In this document: one piece after another, positions 24,285-32,000 of the stretch | Numbering within the stretch: the stretch's first letter is position 1 | Layout: each line of letters starts with the position of its first letter | NCBI RefSeq assembly: GCF_900095195.1 | Contig: NZ_LT606950.1 | Span: forward strand, 997,207-1,029,206 | Source: Polynucleobacter necessarius | Lineage (GTDB): Bacteria; Pseudomonadota; Gammaproteobacteria; Burkholderiales; Burkholderiaceae | Direction: 5' to 3' | DNA length: 32,000 nucleotides | Notes under the pieces: generated by a model | Told to the model about the DNA's origin: nothing | Database searches by the model: none | What the model saw: the letters and a program-made list of their open reading frames with translations, nothing else | Program-made: the position numbers and the translations under genes

Positions 24285-24301
24285 TTTAGGGATCCAGCAT
24301 C

Positions 24302-24976
24302 ATGACCAACGAAATACTGAATTCCCAGAATCTTCACGAAGTCACCTTCCAAAAACTGCGCTCCTTGCTCGTAGAGGGCAAGATTTCGCCTGGCAGCAAG
24401 CTCAATGAGCGCGAGTTAGCTGAGAGTCTGAATGTGTCTCGCACTCCAATTCGAGAAGCGATTTGTCGCCTGGCGGCAGATGGATTGGTGGAGCTAATTG
24501 CGAACCGTGGCGCCATTGCAGTTCAACTTAGCCTTGAAGATGTCATTCATACATTTAATGTCATTGCTGATTTAGAGGGTTTTTCAGGCGAACTCGCCGC
24601 CAATAATATTAGCGACGCCACCCTCTGCGAGTTAGAAGCACTTCAATATGAAATGATGGCCTCATATGCACGTCGCGATCTCTCAAGCTATTACAAACTC
24701 AACTTACAGATTCATCATCTAATTAATCAAGCAGCCAACAACCCCGTGCTGTCGCAACTTTTTACACAAGTGAACGCCCGAATCGAGGCATTACGCTTTC
24801 GCTCCAATCAAGATGGCGTCAAATGGAAAAAGGCAGTAGAAGAGCATCAAGAAATGCTCGATGCACTCAAGGCTCGAGATCCCAAGAGAATGCGTAAGAT
24901 CATGACCCAGCACGTTCACCATAAGCGTGGTGTGGTGGTACAACTGCTCAAAGCTGAAGCAGCAACAGCGGCATAG
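24302..24976 (+). CDS. GntR-family transcriptional regulator (FadR/FCD subfamily)
   Basis: The 224-aa ORF has an N-terminal winged helix (LNERELAESLNVSRTPIREAICRLAADGLVELIANRG) and an all-helical FCD-like C-terminal domain. The frame is intact. Confidence 0.9.
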   Translation: MTNEILNSQNLHEVTFQKLRSLLVEGKISPGSKLNERELAESLNVSRTPIREAICRLAADGLVELIANRGAIAVQLSLEDVIHTFNVIADLEGFSGELAANNISDATLCELEALQYEMMASYARRDLSSYYKLNLQIHHLINQAANNPVLSQLFTQVNARIEALRFRSNQDGVKWKKAVEEHQEMLDALKARDPKRMRKIMTQHVHHKRGVVVQLLKAEAATAA

Positions 24977-24987
24977 GAGACAGTCAA

Positions 24988-27900
24988 ATGAATAAGCCCC
25001 TCGACATCCGAGAAGTTTTGGTAGATCAAGCGTTGCTTGCAAAACGTCTAAAGCAAGAGACATCGGGCGAGGTGATGATCGATCGTGCTAGTCGATGTCG
25101 TTATGCTACCGATGCCTCCATTTATCAAATCATGCCGGTAGCAGTGTTTGTGCCAAAGACAGCTGACGATATTGCAACTGCTATTCAGATTGCTGCGGAA
25201 CTTGGTGTACCAGTGCTACCTCGTGGTGGAGGCACTAGTCAATGCGGTCAAACGACAGGTGCAGCATTAGTTATTGATAACAGCAAATACTTTCGAAATA
25301 TTCTGGATCTCAACATTGACCAAGGCTATGTAGAGGTTGAACCAGGCCTCGTGCTGGACCACCTCAATGGATCCTCAAACACATAGTCTTTGGTATCCCG
25401 TAGACGTCTCTACCGCTGCGCAAGCCACCATTGGTGGTATGGCTGGGAATAATTCTTGTGGAAGTCGGTCAATTGCCTACAGAAATATGGTGCACAACGT
25501 ATTAGGGATTGATGCCTGGTTAGCTGACGGCCAAATTGCCCAGTTTGGCAACTATGCGAATAGTTCGGGCCCCGCCAAGCAATTGGGTGATGTTGTTAAA
25601 ACTCTAGCCAACACCCTGCAACCCGAAATCGAAGCGCATTTTCCGAAGGTCCTAAGACGGGTAGCAGGTTACAACTTGGATATTTTTCATCCACAAAGTG
25701 AACTGCCCTATACCCGAGATGGCAGCGTGAACTTAGCGCACCTTTTAGTCGGTAGCGAAGGCACGCTGGCTTACTTTAAATCCCTCAAGCTTAAGTTAGC
25801 CCATTGCCAAAACATAAAGTGCTCGGCATTGTGAATTTCGCCAGCTTTTATAAAGCGATGGATGGCGCCCAACACATTGGGAAGCTCGGACCCATTGCAG
25901 TAAAGTTGGTAGATCGCACCATGATTGATCTCGCGCGTAGCAACCCCAGATTTCAAAAGACGATTGAGACGGCGCTAATAGATCCTAGTACCCAAACTCC
26001 AGAGGCAATTTTGTTGGTCGAGTTTTCAGGGGAAGATCATGCGCCTCTATTAGAAAAACTCTGCGCACTTCAAGAACTCATGGGCGATCTTGGCTTACCC
26101 GGACCTGTTGTTCCTATGCCCGACGTGACTCCTCAAAAGAATTTATGGGAAGTACGCAAAGCCGGATTGAACATCATGATGAGCCTCAAGGGGGATGGTA
26201 AACCAGTCAGCTTTATTGAAGATTGCGCCGTGCCACTAGAGAACTTGGCGGAATATACACAAGCACTAACAGATGTTTTTGCTAAATATGGCTCACGCGG
26301 TACCTGGTATGCGAATGCCTCTGTGGGCACACTTCATGTGTGGCCCATGTTGGATATGCGTAGAGATGGCGCGCAAAAGATGCGTGCTGTTGCTGAAGAA
26401 GCATCAGCGCTAGTGCGCAAATACAAAGGCGCCTACAGTGGCGAACATGGTGATGGCTTATGTCGAGGTGAGTGGATCTCTTGGCAGTTTTGTCCGAAAA
26501 TCACGCAAGCCATCGCAGAAATTAAACATGCGCTTGATTCCAAGGGACTCTTTAATCCCGGCAAGATCATTGATCCGCCAAAGATGGATGTTGCAAGCAA
26601 CTTTCGCTTTCCACCTAGCTACAAAGTCATTCCACTACAACCTGCGCTCGATTGGTCTGCTTGGAATGTGCAAAACAATCCTGTTACTGAAGAAACCTCA
26701 GCACCAGAAACTGGTGGCGATCCCGCTATGGGTTTAGCCAGAGCAGTTGAGATGTGTAACAACAATGGCCACTGCCGCAAATTTGATGCAGAAGTCATGT
26801 GTCCTAGCTATCGGTTACTCGGGATGAAAAACATCTGACTCGCGGCAGGGCAAATGCCTTACGTTTAGCCCTATCCAATCAACTCGATATCCAAGAGGAA
26901 TCTTCACCTTTGGGTAGCGATGCCATTAAAAAAGTAATGGAGCTCTGCGTCAGTTGTAAGGCTTGTCGCCGCGAATGCCCCACCGGCGTCGATATGGCAA
27001 AGATGAAAATTGAGTTCTTATCAGTCTATAAAAAACGGGTTGGACACTCGCTCAGAGATTTAGCAATAGCCTATCTTCCCAAGTATGCAGACACGATCAG
27101 TAGGATTCCACTTCTGCCTGCCCCACTCAATCTTCGCAATCACTTCAAACCCATTGCCACGTTACAAGAATGGATCATGGGCATCTCCGCTCAGCGGAGC
27201 CTGCCAACCTGGAGAGCCTCTACATTCTGGAATCAATCTGACTCATCACAAGACATCAATTCAGTCCCGAAGCACTGCAAACCCAAAAGGGCGTAGTACT
27301 TCTAGCGGATACGTTTAATGCGTAAGCAGCTATTCGCGTCTTAAAAGCTGCTGGATACACTATTCACATCCCTCACAAAAGCCAAAACAACGCAAAAACG
27401 AATTCGCAGAGCGAATGTTCAAAAGAGTTTTGCTGCGGTCGAACCTATCTAGCGGCAGGAAAGGTTGATAAAGCCAAAGAAACCTTGGATGAATTGGTTG
27501 ATCACTTGGTGCCATCTGCCCAACTCAACATCCCTATTCTTGGGCTTGAGCCATTGTGTTTATTCACATTAAAAGATGAAGCGCTGGTAATAGGCTTCGG
27601 TGAGCGCGCGATAACAGTTTCTCAACACGCACAACTCCTAGAGGAATTTTTAGTTAAAGAAGTCAAAGCAGGAAAGCTTTCGCTAAACCTCAAATCTGCC
27701 AACAAGTCTGTATTATTTCATGGTCACTGCCATCAAAAGCCTTTTGCTGCGGTAACACCCGCAATGGAATTACTCAAACTCATTCCAAACGCCAATCCAA
27801 CACTCATTGAGTCCTCATGTTGCGGTATGGCGGGTAGTTTTGGCTATGAGCCTGAACATATTGAAGTCTCGAAACAAATGGCAGAGGCAAGTTTATTACC

Positions 27901-28030
27901 CACGATTCGCAAAGCGTTCGCCTCTTGGGTAGTGGCTGATGGCACAAGTTGTCGCCATCAAATTGCAGATGGTGCGCAAAAGGATGCTGTGCATATCGCC
28001 AGAATATTGGCAGCACATTTATCAGAGTAG
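24988..28030 (+). pseudogene. YdiJ-like FAD-linked oxidase / 4Fe-4S / CCG-domain dehydrogenase (about 1010 codons), multiply frameshifted
   Basis: Five collinear ORF fragments sit in phases 1,2,1,0,2. The FAD-binding PCMH domain is at 24988..25834 (PRGGGTSQCGQT, GGMAGNNSCGSRS). The FAD-oxidase C-domain is at 25804..26838. The ferredoxin motif CVSCKACRRECP is at 26910..27296. The CCG motifs FCCGRTY and SSCCGMAGSFGY are at 27326..28030. An in-frame TAA lies at 27323..27325. AGGAGA lies 7 nt upstream of the ATG at 24988. Confidence 0.85.
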
Positions 28031-28040
28031 GCTCAGTGGG

Positions 28041-28400
28041 TTAGCGTATTACGCCATACACTACCATGAGCAGTGTTCCTGTTAGTAAAGCTGGAACTAA
28101 TCGCCGCGTCGGTTTAGAAAACATGACGCCAATACTCAATGCGCGAATCAATATTCGGATCCATAAGGGCACTGTTGACATCAGACCTAATGGCATCACA
28201 ATCAAGCGAATCGTTAATGCGGCTACCATGGCATAGGTAACCGCTGCCAGCCAACGAAAAATTTCGCTATCTTGATTAATGCTCTGCGAGAGCGTCACAC
28301 CAATCGTCCTACAAAAATAAGTTCCTAAGCAGGCACCAACTAAAGCGACCCACAACCCCCACCCTGAGAGGGCATTTGCCATGTGATCAATTGCACTCAT
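28041..28400 (-). CDS. azlD: AzlD-family branched-chain amino acid transport protein (small membrane subunit)
   Basis: The 119-aa ORF is strongly hydrophobic with 3-4 TM segments. Its size and profile are typical of AzlD. Its start overlaps the stop of an upstream AzlC-like tail (TAATG). Confidence 0.7.
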   Translation of the reverse strand: MSAIDHMANALSGWGLWVALVGACLGTYFCRTIGVTLSQSINQDSEIFRWLAAVTYAMVAALTIRLIVMPLGLMSTVPLWIRILIRALSIGVMFSKPTRRLVPALLTGTLLMVVYGVIR

Positions 28401-28500
28401 TACCCAATGACCCCTACTTTTTTACGGACGAACTTACGATCAATGAAGTAGGCTAAGGTGCCACCAACTAGACCTGCAGTGAGCAAACTGGTATCACACC
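28400..28500 (-). pseudogene. azlC: probable 3'-terminal remnant of azlC
   Basis: Minus-strand translation ending at the TAA 28402..28400 gives ...DTSLLTAGLVGGTLAYFIDRKFVRKKVGVIG*. This is a TM helix plus a basic tail. Its stop overlaps the azlD ATG as in azlCD operons. No AzlC body lies upstream. Confidence 0.4.
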
Positions 28501-29009
28501 CGACAACCGTTATGACAAACGACCCGGCCTTCCGTGAACAGTTAGACACCATTGGGAATTACGCTAACCTGACCAATGTGGAGCGCAATGCGCTCGTAAT
28601 TAATGGGGCGAGCTTTGTACCGCTGAGCTCAGGCAGTGCATTGCATGGCTTACCAGGCGATTATTTGAGCCCTAGCCGCTTTATTCGCGCACTCTTTCTA
28701 ACCAAGTCGGTGCCAACCAATAAAACTACTGCCCAACAAACCAATACTGCTTGGCATAGCTTGGGTAGCTTTGATATTCCTCCCGGTGCGATCAGTTTTC
28801 CTGCTACTAATGCCTATGGCGGCGGTGCAGGTGGCGTTGAAATCACGGAGTGGACGGTAGTTGCTGACAATAAAAATATGATGTATTACGTCAAGATGTT
28901 TGATAACACCAATGTTCAGGCGTTTGATCTCAAGAAAATTGATCCGAATGCAAATGGCGTTCAATTCATTAACTTGGATAGACTTCAGACTTATATCAAT
29001 TTAAATTAA
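28458..29009 (+). pseudogene. choloylglycine hydrolase-family (linear amide C-N hydrolase, Ntn) gene, 5'-truncated
   Basis: The ORF encodes only the C-terminal half of the family (VMTNDPAFREQL..., GLPGDYLSPSRFIRALF, EITEWTVVADNKNMMYYVKMFDN). The N-terminal nucleophile Cys and the signal region are absent. Confidence 0.75.
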
Positions 29010-29021
29010 GGATCGCATCCC

Positions 29022-30132
29022 ATGGGCTCGACTACACCTACCGTTGCTGAATATGTCATCCAGCGTTTAGCAGAATTAGGGATTGATCGAGTCTTTTGTG
29101 TTCCTGGTGACTATACGTTTCCGTTTGATGATGCTATTGAAGTGTCCAATAGCGTTCAGTGGGTTGTTTGTGCTAATGAATTAAATGCTGCATATGCTGC
29201 TGATGGCTACGCCAGGATTAACGGCGTAGCGATGTTGACAATAACCTATGGCGTAGGGAAGTTGAGTGCAATCAATGGCGTCATGGGTGCTAAAGCGCAG
29301 CGACTACCAGTTTTTCACTTAGTGGATGCCCCCAGTACACGAATTCAGAAGCAGGGATTAATTACTCACCATACTTTGGGGATGGCGTTTATAACAACTT
29401 TCGCCAACTTTCCGAGGCGGCTTGTTGTGTATCAACGTCGTTGACGCCTGACAATGTAATCGACGAAATGGAGAGAGTTATCCGTGAGGCGCTGCGCTTG
29501 AGTGCGCCCGCCTATATTTCTGTTCCTATGGATTTAGAAACAATGCCGTTGGCAATGCAACGATATTCTTGCTTGTATCTTCTCCAGAATGAAATCGATA
29601 GAGGCACTCAAAGCAGCAGGATCACCCTGAGCACGAACGATTTGCGCAAGCGGTCGACCTTTTACAGGGTTGCCGATGATAGGCATATGTGACGAATTAC
29701 GGTTTGACTTCAGTGTTGTATGATTTTTTGAATAAATCCAATATTCCGTTCGCAACCACCCCAATGGATAAGGGCGTCATCAGCGAGGCGCATCCAAACT
29801 ATTTGGGTATTTATAACGGCATAAACTCAAGCCCAGCGAATCTTAAGGAGCAGATTGAAGGCGCTGTATGGAGTTGAAAACGTTCTGAGTGAAATTGGCC
29901 CGTCGTATGATGATTTGGCGAAATGGAATTATGCACAAGTACCTACTGCTATGGGGCGCAACACCTGGTTCACTGCTCGCGTCAGTACTGTTGGGAATTG
30001 GATGCAACCATCGAAAAGGCGAATGCATTTGATGGTGCTTCGTATATTGAGGTCATGATTCCAACCTCGGAAAGCCAACCGTTACCAATCGCCATTCAGA
30101 ATCAAATCTACAAGAGTAATATTCCTAATTAA
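29022..30132 (+). pseudogene. indolepyruvate/phenylpyruvate/pyruvate decarboxylase-family ThDP enzyme, frameshifted and internally deleted
   Basis: The N-terminal PYR domain reads VPGDYTFPFDD...CANELNAAYAADGYAR...HHTLG. The middle domain reads NIPFATTPMDKGVISEAHPNYLGIYNG. The C-terminal end reads SYDDLAKWNYAQVP...RVSTVG / ELDATIEKANAFDGASYIEVMIP. These pieces are spread over at least four phases. The locus is about 370 codons against about 550 expected. The GDG...NN ThDP-binding motif region is missing. Confidence 0.8.
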
Positions 30133-30186
30133 TTGCGGGTTTATCAAAACAAAAGGTGAGGATTCACCAAAAGAGAAAGCGTTTCA

Positions 30187-31870
30187 ATGAAGATATTTCC
30201 AAAATGGGTTGGCCTAAGCGTAGCACTTGCATCTTTGCAAGTCATGGCAGCAAATTCCAGCGTCTATTTCAATGGCGATATTTTGACAATGGAGGGCAGT
30301 AGCCCAAAATATGTCGAAGCTGTTGTTGTGAAAGATGGAAAGATCGCATTTACGGGTAATTTGCAGGATGCGATGGGGCAGGCCGGTACAAATCGCACAC
30401 TCCAAGATCTCAAAGGGAAGACCTTATTGCCTGGGTTTATTGATACTTGGGGCCATTTTACATTAATTGCGCAAAATACCTTGGGAGTCAATCTGGCGTA
30501 CTTCTCTAATAAGCCGCCTCAAACCACTTAAGAACTTTTTAGTCGTTAAAAAACGAAGCAAGGCCATTTAATGGTTGGATTATTGGCACAATGCCGATGC
30601 TTTTCTGAAAGACGGCCCTTTAACGATTGCGCAACTTGATCAAGCCTTTCCGAATGAACCGGTTTTTGTAAACAATATTTCAACATTGACCGGCATCGTC
30701 AATACGGCTGGCTTGCGTAAATTAGGAATTACAAAAGCGACTAAAGCAGTGCAGGGAGCCATCCCAGTAGATCCAAAAACCGGCAAGCTTACTGGCGAAT
30801 TGATTGGTATGCTAAATGTCAATGCGACAGCAAAAGTATTCGGTAAATACTCGCCCGCTCTAACGCTCGAGACCTTTCGCAAGGCTGAAGAAATCTACAC
30901 ATCGTGTGGTTTTACAACTGCGCAAAGTTATGAGACTACAGTAGAAGATATTTGCAATATGCGCCAAGCAGTAGAGCGCAGCATGGTCAATATTGATTTA
31001 ATTGCTTTGCCAACATATCAAGTGGTTGACCAGTTGCTCGATACAAATCCAAATTACCCCTTTGGAATTTATACCAATGGTGATGGCGGTTTTAAGGTGG
31101 CAGGTATTCTGGTGTCAACAGACGGCGCGCCACAATTGCGCTTAGCTGTTTTCAGTAAGCCTTACATTGATACCGCTGGATTTCCGAAAGATTGGCGGGG
31201 GATTGCTTTTATCTCACAAGACATGGTCAATCACTATGCAAAACTGGCTTACCAGAAAAACATTCAATATTTTGGATGCTCCAATGGCGATGCTGGCATC
31301 GATATGACCTTATCCGCCCTCTCAAAAGCGCGGCAGGAGACCGGCATTACCGAAAATCGTCGATCGATCATCGCTCACTCCTTTTTTGTTCGAGATGATC
31401 AGCTGGATCAATAAAAGCTAACAAAGTCATCGCCCAATTCATGATGAACCATATCTGGATGTATGGTGATGTCTACCGTAAGGTTCTGGGTGATGAGCGA
31501 GCAAGCAATATCAATCCGTTGAAATGGGCGCAATCAAAAGATGTCGAGTTTGGAATTCACAATGACACTCTATCAATCTGGCCCAAGCGCCTTATTCACG
31601 ATGTGGACATCTGTTAATCGTAAGACCTATGGAGGCGATACTTTAGGACCGGATCAACGAGTAGATGCTTACACAGCATTGCAAGGCTTTACAACGAAGG
31701 CGGCCTACGAATATAAAGAGGAAGATAAGAAGGGAAGTATTACAACTGGAAAATTAGCGGATTTTGTCGTGCTCGATCGCAACCCCTTGAAAGTCAATCC
31801 AATGGAGATTAAGGACATTCAGGTGCAAGAAACGATTAAGAATGGCAAGTCTCTCCACTCTCGTCCCTAA
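30187..31870 (+). pseudogene. amidohydrolase-3 family (YtcJ-like metal-dependent hydrolase) with signal peptide, multiply disrupted
   Basis: The fragments are 30187..30531 (MKIFPKWVGLSVALASLQVMA, LLPGFIDTWGHF), 30543..30590 (SLKNEARPFNGWIIG) and 30575..31414. They continue with 31414..31575 (KANKVIAQFMMNHIWMYGD...VEFGIHNDT) and 31541..31870 (KGSITTGKLADFVVLDRNPLKV). The phases run 1,0,2,1,2. An in-frame TAA lies at 30529..30531. Confidence 0.8.
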
Positions 31871-32000
31871 TGAAAGATTCTTTAAAACCTGGTTTGAAGT
31901 ATGAGCACCGTTATACGGTGCCGTTTACTAAGACTGTTCCTGGGTTGTATCCAGAGGCTCCCGAGTTTTTAGTCATGCCCGAAGTGTTTGCTACGGGTTT
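31870..32000 (+). CDS. hotdog-fold thioesterase (FlK / fluoroacetyl-CoA thioesterase-like), N-terminal part; continues past the window end
   Basis: Manual translation gives MKDSLKPGLKYEHRYTVPFTKTVPGLYPEAPEFLVMPEVFATGF. This matches the LYPExPEF...PxVFATGFMVGL signature of the family. Its ATG overlaps the preceding stop (TAATG). Confidence 0.7.
   Translation, partial: MKDSLKPGLKYEHRYTVPFTKTVPGLYPEAPEFLVMPEVFATG

Noticed and set aside
24154-24408. 84-aa plus-strand ORF spanning the AT-rich intergenic region and overlapping the GntR start.
   Set aside because: It has low-complexity AT-rich coding and no RBS. It overlaps a well-supported regulator gene in another phase and covers the putative operator/promoter region.
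29250-29270. GVGKLSA in the decarboxylase, where many family members have GVGELSA.
   Set aside because: The ThDP-activating glutamate lies in the retained ANELNAAYAADGYAR segment, not here. Whether the E-to-K difference matters cannot be judged without an alignment.
30424-30450. GFIDTWGHF in the amidohydrolase, where an HxH metal-binding motif (GFIDxHxH) might be expected. This could be an active-site His-to-Trp change.
   Set aside because: His to Trp needs at least two nucleotide changes. I cannot confirm from memory that this subfamily has His at that position, so it needs an alignment. It is not reported as a lesion.

Overview
The window reads as a betaproteobacterial (Burkholderiales-type) chromosome segment. 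It looks moderately AT-rich by eye, which I did not compute. My unverified guess is a Polynucleobacter-like lineage. About the first 22 kb is a conserved housekeeping backbone. It holds uppS(partial)-frr-pyrH-tsf-rpsB on the minus strand and map-glnD on the plus strand. Next come ligA-zipA-smc (minus), dapD-dapE-prmB (plus) and radA-hypothetical-kup (minus). An initiator tRNA-Met (plus), an RhlE-like DEAD-box helicase and a GlcG-like gene (both minus) complete it. The last 10 kb is accessory metabolism. It holds a class-V (serine/alanine-glyoxylate type) aminotransferase, a GntR/FCD regulator, a YdiJ-like FAD/Fe-S dehydrogenase and azlD. It also holds a choloylglycine-hydrolase-family gene, an IpdC/PDC-like ThDP decarboxylase, an amidohydrolase-3 gene and an FlK-like thioesterase. 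The dominant signal is gene decay rather than a new gene cassette. At least eight loci are broken by frameshifts, in-frame stops or deletions: zipA, kup, the aminotransferase N-terminus, the YdiJ-like gene, azlC, the hydrolase, the decarboxylase and the amidohydrolase. The translation, replication and cell-envelope core stays intact. This is the pattern expected of a genome undergoing reductive evolution, such as an obligate symbiont. Part of it could instead come from homopolymer sequencing errors. I saw no CRISPR array, transposase, integrase, phage gene or defence/toxin-like cassette. I cannot support a claim of a novel multi-gene system here. The most interesting items are the inactivated cell-division gene zipA between intact smc and ligA, a deletion scar that fuses an azlC tail to a 5'-truncated hydrolase, and an intact GntR regulator with paired palindromic operator-like sites flanked by dead target genes.
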